Assembly (NCBI GenBank): GCA_004022145.1 | Contig: RCNU01000001.1 | Direction: 5' to 3' (one strand) | Source of the DNA: Paecilomyces variotii | Taxonomy: Eukaryota | DNA: 64,000 nt | Shown: piece by piece, positions 11,074 to 23,900 of the stretch | Position numbering within the stretch: the first letter of the stretch is position 1 | How the letters are laid out: each line of letters starts with the position of its first letter | Made by a program: the position numbers and the translations under genes | The notes under the pieces: generated by a model | Seen by the model: the letters and a program-made list of their open reading frames with translations, nothing else | Database searches by the model: none | What the model was told of the DNA's origin: nothing

Positions 11074-14000
11074 AAAGGGAGGGCAACTACATACGGCGTC
11101 TAAAAAGGTTGAACCGGCTGTTTTTGATATGACTGGGGTACCAGTTCAAACGACATTTGACTTTTATGAGCGCGACCGATATGGTCGGATTAATACACGG
11201 CTCTCAGTCAGCCGTGAAGACGGAGGTTTTTGTTCAAGAACTGTGGAAGGTCCAGCCGAGGATCGAGTGCTCAACTCAGAGACTGATCGATTAGACCGAG
11301 AGTCTTGACGTGTGTAATCATCCCAACTAGGTGCGATATCGACCTACTCCATATACCTAACAGCTGGTGCACGACGACGACGTGGAACGCATCAACATGA
11401 CCTTTTGATCACTTTCATGATGAACAATCTTGGAAATGCAGCCTTTCGCGAGAAGGATAACAACATGAGATATCGACGAAGCCTTTCCCGGTGACAAAAA
11501 CATTTGACGCGACACGACAGAATCTGACTTATTATGGTGACTCTACGACTGCTGTTATATTTTTCGCATGCGGCAAAACGAGGGCTCTATTCTTTGGAGA
11601 ATGTAATCCACTAGACGTGCCCGTGAGCAAGCTGCGGATGCTCTAAGGATTAGCTCTCATGTATCCGATGTGCGATAGACTACTTAAAACGTCCTTTCAT
11701 AGAACGAACACATATAGAACCGATATCGATATAGATAGAATAGTATAAAAGTTGAGCATTACTGTCTACACTATGCAACGAAGTCATCAAACATCATCAA
11801 TCTACTTTGCATTACAGGAGTTTATATCCGATATACACATAGACTAGCGACGGTTTATGGCTTTCTAGATCATACGTATACCATATCTTCATGGATTCGC
11901 GCTATGAACAATTGACAGCCTACTTTTATACTATTGGTCCCTAAATGCACCTCGATAATACCGTAGATCTAGTATATTCCACTACTACTACCAACGACGA
12001 ATTTATCATCCTAAAACTGTTCTAGTCAATTTATCAAGTACATACGTACCTGCTAACTAGGTATCATATGATAGAAAATAAAGCTGACCCCCGCTTAGAG
12101 AAATTATTATCACGTAAATTAACCGCGGTATCTGTGATTGTAACTATTAACACCCTTAACTCTAAAACAGATGAGACTATGGAAAAGTCTATTATGCTAA
12201 ATCTGAGATATGATCTGGCTGGACCCCGGTGGCAAGGTCGATGATTATTTCCATATTCGGGAAATATCATAAGAATTGAAGCTTTACCGATTTAACTACC
12301 TGTCCAGTTACGGTAGTTAGGCGATCAGTGCTGTCAAACATCTAACTACTAACTATCTATCTACTCCGTACATATCACAGAGCACTCGGACCATAGCCGC
12401 ATACCAATAGTACGGAGTACATATCATCATTATTCATTCATTTTCGACATTTATACCGCCCCCCATCCCCCCCGTCAAGCCGTTTTGAGCGTTAGCTCGA
12501 GCGCACATACCCACGCCTCCTGGAGTTTGATGTGTCAGATAAGAAGCTAGTGCGCTTGGCAATCGACAGAGTTGGTATAGTTACACGGAACGAGCCGTCG
12601 TGCAAACCCGTCAAGGGGGACTGTAATATAAAGTATCACATTTGCGGCTGCTGCTGGAGTCTGATATGACATCGGCGGATCCAAAGATCGACAAACTCCC
12701 CCCCCCGCTATGTACCACGAAAAGACAAGGTCCATTTGATGTACATATTATTATTGTCGGACTCGCGTGGCGGCGCTTTGTTGTATGTACTTACGGAGTG
12801 CGGAGCAGTACCTATTGACAGGTCACATGATTTGGATAATTGAGCCAGCTCAAGAAACTATTTGCTGATTATAGAGTATGGGATGCGAATAATACCCACA
12901 CTGAGTCGTCGCCTCTTTTCAACGGTAGAAGTTATCTATCTCCCGCTGTCTCGGCTTGGGTGGCGTCTGTGCGAGGGTCCGTGAGGTAGGGAAATATCTT
13001 CCTACGCTTCTGTATGGGCTTGATGTCTGCGATAGGTAAGGTAGGTAATGTCGTCGTGACACTGTGCCATGCATCTTTCCCTAAGCCTCATTTGATCGAT
13101 CAAGCATAACTATTTTATACCGCCCTGCACAGTGCAGGCTTCGTTGTCTTGGGTTGCATTATTTAGTTCGTTGATTGCGAGAGTATTAGTAAGCCGTCCT
13201 CTTCGTGAAAGGAATCTATCTGGCCAGGGACCAGTTCTGCGGTCCATATGGAAACGCAGTTGATGACGCCAGTCTTGGTTGCTCTCAGTCCAATCCAACG
13301 TATCTGGCTTACAATGTCATCAGTTGTTGCTGCCAGATGAGCGACGGTTGATGAGGACATTCTAGACAAGTCCATGACTTTCGTATGTGCAGTACAGTAC
13401 GTATCTGGAGAGCTCATATTCCCGAGTCGCCGGCATTTGAGATCAGAGAACAGACCACTTCCAACGGTGCGGTCTCACCGGATGGCTGGCGCTGAGATGC
13501 ATATGGAGCTGCACGAGATCTGCGTATGACAGATTCCAAAGTAAGGTCTGGCCGGGAAACTGCAGGCTGCACGCCGCACGAACCCTCTCATGTTCCTGCG
13601 GCGAAAGTCCGACGACATAACTAATCGGGGTGGCTTCTGCCTTCAGAGGACTGAGCATACAGCTCCGTTCATCTCCGGCGCAAGTAATACAGAACCAAGT
13701 ACATGCATGGCTGGCTATGTTCCCTAGCCTCCATCCGACAGTTGACCGAAAGAGCCTAGTATTCATCCCTCCGCATTTGATCTTCAATAATCAGTGTATA
13801 GTCCATGAACGAGCGGGGTTATGACCGTATTATTGTCGCTACAACGAGTACTTTCAGGACGTTGCCTTTCGGATACTGTACCTTTCATTGGAAGACAGTC
13901 TGTATTAATGATTATTACCTGTATCCATCTTATCAGAAACAGGTTATGGCCAGACGTAATCTTGGCAATCCCGAGGCCATGGACAGTCGTAGATCATGTG

Positions 14001-17000
14001 AACGGCGGCCATAACAAAAGACGATGGTAACCAACTAAGCGTCCAACGTCCACGGACCAGGAGATTTAGGATGTGCAGAAGAGATGGCCGCTCAGGAGGC
14101 CCGAGGGCGGTTCCGAGAAAACACGAGATCGCCGGACAGGAAACTAGAGAAGTCAATTGGCCGTTCAAATTTTATTTTATTTTTTTTCCGGCCCAAGAGG
14201 GTTTAGCCATGTCCACTTCCATGATCGAGATCTTCCATCCCGGATATCTCACTAGAGCACGCCACGCCCGGTTAGCTGCCGATTCCAATAATCTGGCCAA
14301 CTGGTAAAACTCACCTTGGCGCGCGCGCCAGCCGGCTGCACAGTTCCGTGAAGAGATTTTGGGCGCCGATCAAGCCCGGATCTTGCTGTCCAGAGGTCCG
14401 ATCTGGGATCAGATGTGAAGAGTTGAGACGGGGGGAGGTCTGACCTTCCTGATCGGGGATAAGGCCGTATTCGCCCATCCATGTTGTTCAAACTCCAACG
14501 GCGCGGAATGGGCTTGGATCTACTAGTTCGTTCAGAACTCAGATACTTAGCCAAGATCTCCCTGATCTCTCTATCTCAGTAACGTCACCCCTCACTAGAC
14601 CAGAAAGGTACCCCCCTTTTCTTCACAGTTGGCTTGTCTTGACCCCCGAATTCCCCTACTTGAGACTAGGCTCAAGATCCAAACTACACAGACATTTTCC
14701 CGGTTTCTGTAAGAATTCCGATACGATGCTGCGATTTTCAGGCACATCAGAAAAAGTTTCCGAGGATTGCTCATCTCGGCTGCATTCTTCCCCGGTCCAT
14801 AACAATATGCCACACGGGACATGGCCAGCCAGCAGTCGGTGAAATCATCTTACAGAGAAAGGAGGGACGCACACAATAACAATAATAGTAATAGTAAAGG
14901 TTGTTTGATCTTCCCGTAACGGTCGAGCTGCAACTAGCGGTCCAGCGGGCCGGTAATCATCATCATCATCATCATCATTATTATTATATCGCTCACTTTT
15001 ATGGTCGAAATGATGTATGGATGGACTTTGATGTTTGGTGATGCAGTTCGCCTTTAAGCGAGATCGCCGGAAGACTAACCCACCCACCCATTTTGACAGG
15101 TGTGGTGCTGGAGCATCAATAATAATAATAAATCGATCTGATCTGAGATTCCAAGTGGAGTAAGAGTAAAACAGTCGAGAAAACCAGCAGTACCGCCACA
15201 TCATATGATGAATCTCGTGTACTCAGAAGAAGAAGAACTATCGTTGTTCAGGCTTCTTTTTTTTTCGTGACGACGCGACGGTGTTGAGCTGATCTGTCAA
15301 AGCGTGATTGGTGACCAACTAAGTAGCGGTCTTTCTCCCTTTTTTTTTCAACTAGATTCTGTTAGCCTGGTTGTTCGTTGAGTTCCCAATAATTCCCGCG
15401 AACTCTGCTGTCGTTCGAAGCGACGTTCTGGATGCGTATACTGTTGCTTGTTCTGTACCACCTTGTCGGCTGTCTTTGCCGTCTATATCGCCAGGCATGC
15501 TTATTTTTGGGAACTTCTCCTTAGCTAGCTAGCTAACCGAACGAACCGAATCAGCCTCTCTTGAAGGCTGAGCACTGAAACTTCTGCGCTACTTCACAGC
15601 GTAATACGTAATACAGGACGCCCAACTTTTCCGTCATGGTGTGCGTAAAGTAAAGTAGAGGAGTGATCAATAATACTACATACCCTAGATATTATTCGAA
15701 CGGAATCACGGGAATCAGCCTAAATCCTAACACCCAGAGCTAGTAATCATAGTCTCTGAGTCTTGAGATCAGATAGCGTGTAGTTAATTAATGATAGTCA
15801 CAGCTAGCATTCGTACTATGATTATTGAGGTGCCTCTTACCTGAACCATGTCATCATTCAGGCAGCAAACGAATGAAGGGAAAATGATAGGGCGTGGCGG
15901 CGCAGAAGAACAAAATCGCATACAAATAAAACGTTCCCAGAGAAGCCATCCAATCTCGAGCCGTGTCAGGGGCGTCACTGAACGGGGCTATTGTTCGATT
16001 CAGAGATCGCAGAGGTGGAGAATAATTAAAATTCAACCGTAGGACTCTAGACATTATTCTTTTTTCACCCGCGCGTTGAGGAACGTAATAATACTACTAT
16101 GTTGATTAGCGGGAAGTGTTAACCGCCGAATTGAGATTAAAACAAAAAAAAAAAGAGATCAGAATCAGATCGATACGGTTGTGGATCTCCGTGCGCCAAA
16201 GCGTCCGCATCTCCGCGGAAAGGAAGAGATGAAAGTGTCCTCAGCAGCGTATGCAAACTTTCGAGCCGAAATGACTTGGAGAATCTGATCGTATAATTAC
16301 TTTACAATGATTAATTAGTGCAGAAGGCTGGAGTGACTCCGAGTGAGAAGAATAGGGGCGCAGCGGAACATTTCCGTTTTAGAACAAGATGATCGCGATC
16401 ACGAAACGACTAAAGAAAACGATCGAATTCGATTGACATTGACGATCCTTGATGCTCTGGGGCGAAAAGGATTGAGCCCGGAGATCTGCAGCGATCGACC
16501 ACGCAGTAGCATCTGCGCTTTGATTTTGGATGCACTTTGTCAGGACCGTTGAACGTGGCCAGGGTCATGAATCCTGCCTCAAGAATTTCATTCCCTTTCA
16601 TCGTCAAGGCAGATGGTACGAGTAACCATTCCTCTGAACAAACTGAGACAAATAACATTTATATTATATGATGCAATCAATGACAATATGGATATGACTG
16701 AATCACGACGGTAAAAGCGGCGATAGACACACAGACGTTTTTGACTAGGCAACCCAATTTTAATTTTTGCCTCCCAGCACACCTAGTACTTGAAAATCAT
16801 AAAATCACTTCCGAGAGCCTCCAGTTACACAAGGAGGCGCGGGACATGAGAATTTGCCACATTTTTTTTCATGAACTGAACAATTAGAAATACTTTAAGT
16901 GGGGTATAATGGTCAAAGTAGAACGGGGGAATCGAGACGAAACGTGCGCACAGGAGTAGATCTTGTATGCAGGGTGGAAAATTTCAGCAGGGTAGAATGT

Positions 17001-17394
17001 AGGGTAACGAGAAATAGCTAGGCATATCAACGTAGAAGGGGATATAACAGATCAGGAACACAGTTATAAGGGGCAAAAAAAAAACACACAAAATCCGCTG
17101 TGGACAGGGGGAATCTTGTAACGCGATAACGTCCCCGACAAAATGACAACCGGAACAGGTAAATTTTGAAATCAAAGAACGTAAGGGCGCCACGCAGGGA
17201 CCAGCAAAGCAGGAATCATCAATGCACTCTGCGCCTTCGTACCCATAGTTGCCGTGCCGCATCCCTTAGCAGGGCCGCAACAATATCCGGGATACTGAGG
17301 CACTTGACCGCCAAAGAAGTAAGGATCTGAACGAACGCCCGTATGCTTCTAAATTAAACCCTCTTCAGAACGCCAAAAATGAGACAGAAAATTA

Positions 17395-19243
17395 TTAGTG
17401 AGGTGTCGGAGATGCCGAGTCGAGACCACTTTTCGGTTTCAGATTCGAACCCAAAGAAGAAGCCTTATTAGCACCCATTTTGCGCGTGAGTTTCGCATAG
17501 TGCAAACCGCAAGCGTTGCAAAGAGTCCGAGCACCGTCCGGACCACGGCGCCACTCGGGGGTTTCTGCTCTATTGCAGCTATGACAACGTCCTGGAGGAG
17601 CAGCTTTCTGTAACCAGAAAAAGTTAGACAAAAAAATGAAAATGCAACGGCAGAGAGAGATAGGAAAAAGGACCTACCCCGCGTCGCTTTTTGGGGTCAG
17701 CACCTGCGAATCCACCAGCCCCCTTGAATTCATCGTGATACATTCCACCATGATCATCATCATAGGGACTGTCCGTTTTGAAAGCCTGCCGCTGTCTTTG
17801 CTCTGCGAGAGCATGTTCCTGATTCAAGACCGCGGTTCTTATCCGGATCAATGCGTCCTGGTTACGACGCTGGAGCTGCAATAGCTCATCAATCTCGTTC
17901 AGTGAAGGAAGAGACCCTAAAATTGGACCAGAGCGTTGTGTCTGATGGGCCCTGGCGGCATAGTGACGCGAGAACTCCAGCGTCCGCGAACTTACGTCGG
18001 TGATCTACTATGATTAGCTTCTTCTTGCGGGAAAGAAAAGTCGGAATAAAAGACCGTACTGGATACGTACCTCGTTGAGAGAAGTCTCGACATCATAACT
18101 ATCAAGATGTCTCTTGACGGAATCGCTGTGGGGTTGACCCGGCATGGCAGGACGAGTCACGAGGCTCCTCTTCATTTCTTCCATGCGATGTTGTTCTGCC
18201 GCGCCGGCCTTCCAAGGAACTCCAGTGTAAGGCCGACTATCATATGGAGCAGAAGGATACGACCCAGTACCGCTGGAGGGTTGTGACTGATATGAAAAGG
18301 ACTGGTTGTAAGGAGAGTATGTGGTAGGCGAGGCCATAGACCCAACTGAGCCTTGTGCACTATACTCGTAGGCGGACGATGTCTGGGAAACTTGAAGAGA
18401 TGGGGCACCAGTTCTCGAGCTTTGGGTTGGAGATTTCCCTGAGCTAAGAGAGGGGAGGGAAGGATTCCTTGAGTCTTGGCTATTGAGGGACGCGAGGCTG
18501 GAGCGGGAGGCCTCCGCCTGGGACAATCCCGCTTGACCGTTTTGGTACGGGTAAGCGGGTTCTCGCAGGTATGGAGCCGATGTAGAGCCGTTCGAAAACG
18601 GATTGGGAGGACCTGGAGGACCTTCCACGCTGGACCGCGATATCAGGTTGGCAGGTAACGGTGGAGGCGCGTGATGGGCCGGTTGTGAAGGCGGGCCAGA
18701 GGAGGGAGGCCCAGTATATGGTAGAGGGTTATCATTGCCCAGAGCCTCATGTATAGAAGGCAGAGATTGCCTCTGAGGTTGGGAATGCGATTGATCCTTC
18801 TCGTCTTCCACAGCTCTGCGCGAATCGGGCGGGGATATGTATCCTGACTGTAGCGGCGCCGAACTGGTGGATGATGGATAAGAGTAAGGTGGTGGTGGGC
18901 CGGAATATATGGACGTAGGACTAACAAGAGGTGCTGTTGACACCCCAACTGTCGTGGCCATGGTGGGATATTTCTGGAGAGGTCTAGATCCGTCTTTTTT
19001 GATCTGTTCCAACTCCAGGAAGCCTATTGATGGTAGACAATCTCTAATCGACGGAATTTCGGTTAGCATGGATGATCCTAACATCAAAGATGGCGCGACC
19101 TTCAACAAATCAATCGCAGACTCAGGAGAATTCCAGCTGAAAACTGAAACAACGGGTCGCCAAGTGTAGAAATAGAAATTCTGGCAGCAATGAATCTTAA
19201 GGAGCACAAACCTGGGCCTTGTTCCAGCTCCCAGTGTCCCCAT
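17395..19243 (-). CDS. nsdD: GATA-type zinc-finger developmental regulator NsdD, ~514 aa; exons 19243-19212, 19043-18071, 18004-17678, 17607-17395
   Basis: C-terminal C-x2-C-x18-C-x2-C finger KAAPPGRCHSCNRAETPEWRRGPDGARTLCNACGLHYAKLTRK and upstream motifs SIYSGPPPPYS and RQSLPSIHEAL, recognised as NsdD/Sub-1 type. Three GT-AG introns; exons sum to 1545 nt. Confidence 0.93.
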
Positions 19244-20910
19244 CCCGCCAGTCTATCCGGGATCAATAGGCCAGCGTCTTCCCCGAGCTCATCCACGGAG
19301 ACGCTTTCACCAGTATTTCTTGCTCTATTCTTAAATCCAATATACAATGTTTCAGAACAATCTGCAGCCCCCGACTCAAGACTCTTCTTATCGACGTTGG
19401 TTGCGCGGCCTTGTGATTTCTGCCGTACAATCCGGTTCCCAAACGTAGCTCCCAAAGTTTTCTGCGTCGTGGAAACGAGTCTTGATTGCAGGCGTCGCCG
19501 TTGGGAGAATCGCAAACCCTTTCTTTTTCGGTAACAGAAAAGTGACACCGTGCAAGTCCATGCAAAGGGGACAGGAAAAACCCGTGCGGATAGTGGCGTA
19601 GAAGAAAAGAAAAGAATAAATAATAATAGAAATAATAAAAAAAAAAAAAAACAAACAGTGAGGCGTCGCAACAAGACCACGATGACTGATCGCCCGGATA
19701 GCCGTTCAAGGGTGTACGGGGAAAGTCGAGGCGCAGAATCGTAGTGCGGGAAGTAGATTAGATCGCGACAGGTTTTCTTTCTCGCATATGAGGGAGCATC
19801 TGCCAGACGAAACCTCCGTTGCTATTCTGCTGCGGCCGGCCAGATCAGATCGACTTTAGCAGCGGCTGTGGCGATGGACGCTGGAGAGGGGCCGAGCGGG
19901 ACTGTGATGCAAGGGATAGCTTGCTGTGTCGCGTGGGTTGGGAGCGTTCTTCTCAGCAACAGCGTCCGGAGATATAAGGAAAGGGTTGAAGAGACGAGAG
20001 GAAGGGGGAGGTCAGAGGAAGAGAGGTGAGGAATGTAGTAGACGGCTGCGCGGGATACTGGACAGGATATGAGGAAGGAATGGAGAGGAAGCGCGCCAGC
20101 AACAGCTAGGAGATGTTGACAGAAGTAATAATGGTCGCCCCAGTGCGACCCGCGTAGATGTCTCCAGTACGGAGAAGTGAGTGTCCTTTAGCCCTTTTTC
20201 TGACGCCGCTGTACACCTCCCGTACGGAGAGAAGAGCAGACCAGTTGCAGCAGCGGAAAGCCAGAACAGGAACCGCGTCTAAGAATGAGGATCGAGTATC
20301 ATCGATTCGTCCCGCCCATCGTGACAAATGTTACGGCGAATTACGGGGGTCTTACAGGACGCGAACATGCGGATCTTCTACGAAATGTGGAGTGGATTTG
20401 GATCATTGGCGATGTGCGGGTATCTTGGTGGAGGCGCGATGGGGACGACCAGGGGTCCGTGATGCTGACTTGAAAAAAAGGAACCGCTCCCAAGGATTGA
20501 GGACAGTCGACGAGGCCAAAGACGAAAAGGTGGGCGAGTGCTAGCCAGAGGCTGAGTGGCCGCCATCCACGCAAGGCCGAAGTTGACTCCGCAGGGTACG
20601 ACTCCCGGAGATGCGCTGCCGTTGTCGATGCGTGAGACCGTCAGATCCAGCCCGAGAATTAGCTGGCATACTAAGGCTGCTGGCTCCAGCGCGGTGCGTA
20701 AGGATCAGAAAAAAAAGTGGAATGGCTCCCCATCCTTAGTCGCTGGCCGGCGATAGTGGGACGGATCAGGCATGGAGATCCATAGATCGTGAACTACGCT
20801 GTTTCGGGAAAAGGTCGGTCCTGACGCGCGAACAGCGGCTTTTTAAGGGGCAAAGGACCGCGAGACGCCAAATTGACCGGGGAGACAGGTGTTGTGTTGG
20901 TATTGTTGTC

Positions 20911-20982
20911 GATTGATTGAGTGAGTGAGTGAGTGAGTGAGTGGTTGATAGATAGATAGATAGATAGATAGATTGATTGATT
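20911..20982. repeat. Compound tetranucleotide microsatellite (GATT)2(GAGT)6 GGTT (GATA)6(GATT)3 upstream of nsdD
   Basis: Read directly from the sequence. Confidence 0.9.
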
Positions 20983-23900
20983 GTCCGCTTACTCCTCGAT
21001 TTTATATGATTCCATTCCCTGTCCCCGTAATGCGCACCCGGCTTTGACGGATATCAGATGCTGACCAGATCTGGCATCGAACCGCCACGGATCCATTGTC
21101 CCGCTGAGGCGCTGTAAGCGAGACTGTCCTATCGTAGGACATAGAGAGACCAAGGTGGGCGCAGTGCTTTGCAGAGCCCAGGGGGGTCAAAATAGGTGGG
21201 TCCCGTGAAAGCGGGTGAGATGGATGATCATGGTTTATTGCTGGCCTGGGACGGGGAGGGGTAAACCCGTGTCGCCTGCAAGAATAGGATTGTGCGCGAT
21301 CCGTGGCTAGTAAATACGGCCAAGCATGGCTGTGGTCGGCGATCCGGCCGGACGGAGCCCAGCGAATGGCAATCGATAAGATCGGAGATCCAACGCCCTG
21401 GATCTCTCCTAACGTTCGACGGCAGATGAGAACGGCAGTAGGTAACAGAGCGCATGCGCACCGGCTCTGAATATCAGAAGCAGTCGAGTACACAGCTTCC
21501 CTGAAGCAATCAGCCAGTCAAGTTGTCTGCACGTAGCATCAAAGGCCCAGATCTGGCAACGATCAGGGTGGAGGACTCCGATCGCATTCTTCCAACAACA
21601 AGCCCTCACTATCTGCAGGTAGTCAAACCTAAATAAATAATCTGACGACCTGCAGCGGTGATGATTCATTATGCACTGCAGCCTCTGTGAGACTTGTAGC
21701 AGTCGCTGCCATCAGTGGCCCCTGTGACGTGGGTGAATCCCCCGGAATGATGATTCAAATGACACATGGTGCAGCTCTTAGGCTCCCGTACCTTGCAATG
21801 GCAGCAGTGTATTTCCATGGAACGCTGTAAGAGTTGAGTCCACCCGATTTGTACATGAACTGTCCTGGAAGACAGAGACGGTTAGACTGGTTGCTCACGA
21901 CGCGGACTAGAGGGACAAGAGGAGACCAGTCGATCGTTCCTCAGACGATTAATCGCCAGCATGCGGCAGCTTAAGTTTATTCCGTCTGGGTCTGGAGCTG
22001 TCAAGAGTCCCGCCTAAGTCAGTTAGTTAGTACAGTGGCAAAGATCCACGCTTTTTGAAAAAGGTCACCGATCTCCTGAAGAGTATGTATGTTCAATATG
22101 GGAAGTTCTTAACAAACAAGAAGTGAATAGATGAGACCTATCTCGAGGCAAATTGATACTTGATCAGAAGAATTTTTAAAAACGGAGGGAAGAAGTAATA
22201 ATAAGTTACTTGGATGGCAGATGGCCTTTTGTGCGGTCATTGACCCTCCTCGTCCGCTGCCTTTGTTAGGCCCCGACCCCGTGACCAGCTCTCGTTCCCT
22301 TCTGCCCTTTCTAACCTGCAGCTTTCTTCCGTTGGCCCTCGTCAATGTTAGTTACTTCTTGTCGCGCTCCTCGCATCGCGGATTCGATGATTGTGGGATA
22401 GACTGTTATCCATAGGAGAGCTATCATCGTCGCGATTTCTACGCTGCCAAGGGACTTGCATTTTATCGTCACATGCTATCACATAAAGATCTCTACCGAA
22501 CGATCCACCTCTCAGAGCAATCAGCTATAGAGATGATAACGGTGAAAGCCATCCAGACGGGTGTTCCCACTGGGCAAAGAATTGGCTACCTCTGCGTATC
22601 CGTCTTCAACTCAGGGCCAGATTTTCTTCTAGGACAAGTCTAAACGGATCTCCTTTTTAGGGAACCTAACCTGTTCAGAATGACGGGTACTATTAATCCC
22701 TCTATTTATGTTCCATCCCAGGGTCCCTCAGGCTCATTGCACCGCCTCGCTTCATCATCCCCATGAGTTGCTAATATTATCATGGGACGACATCCGAGAC
22801 CGACCACCCATCACTACTTCCTGGTGTTATTGTACCAGTATGTTTGTAGACTGGTTTACGAGAGGAAGTGTACCAACTCGAGGGAAAAAAAAAAACTACT
22901 TTCCAAGTCATGATAGCCACTCCACCTCTTCTTACGGGCTCATGCACCGATCTTGCATCTGCACTAATGGTCAAAGTGCCACACTGTCAGACACCCCTGA
23001 TCAACCGTCAACGAGAGCATCAGCCGATCACAGTACTCCGTACGCTGGCCCGTCAACCCGGAAAGGTCCCACTAAACGATAGTACCACTTCAAGTCCAGG
23101 ATAATTCAGCGAGTCAGAGACTGTTACCGGCAAACTCGACCACCGAACCAAGTTAGGAACTGACAGGGGGAACCGAGCAAGAACAAGGACCAGAAAATGG
23201 GAGATCGATGAGATCCGTCATTTCAACGGCGCGCGTTGCGGCTGGCTCCGATCTTGAACCACGATCCTGTCGCTCGTCCACTAAATGCCGCCACACATGT
23301 TCTCGAGGCCCTTTCAGTCGTGCTAAAAGGAGTTGCCAGATGCGAACCAGCATGACGACAGGGTGAAGGTCGGTCGCCCGAGTAGATATATCTGATCTAC
23401 GTATGATATACGACAGACCGCTCTCGACACGAGTATTCTTGAGGTAGCGTTTGATCGTCTGATAGTATTCTGACCGTTATCTCGAAGCCGCTTGGTTCTC
23501 AGCTAATTCGAGTCCTCGTTATATGCTTAAGACAACTTGAGAGCAGTAGCGCATGAACAGGTGATTAAAGAAGCCGGTCCCCACCATCTGTGCTCGATGC
23601 CACTCTGGCAATCGCATCTGACAGCACAACCACGATTCTCTGCGCTGACACCTACTCTCTGTGCTGCGATTGTCTATACGGAGTAGTCTTGTAATGGTCG
23701 GATAACCATGGCGAATGCGAACAACGTAAAACAACAGACTCCCATGGCACCCTCTTGATATCGGTTGAGACTCCATCTATGACCAGCAATTCTACGAGGT
23801 GCACCTCCGTCATCTAGACCCTCGTTTTACTTGACTCGTGTTTGGATGGCTGTTAGGCTCAAGACGTCCCTGCACAAGTTTCTCAGCTTGCTGCGAAAGG

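Noticed and set aside
19102..19709. 192-aa and 148-aa minus-strand ORFs with apparent transmembrane N-termini
   Set aside because: The hydrophobic stretch is a translated poly-T tract of the nsdD leader, and the starts are non-ATG.
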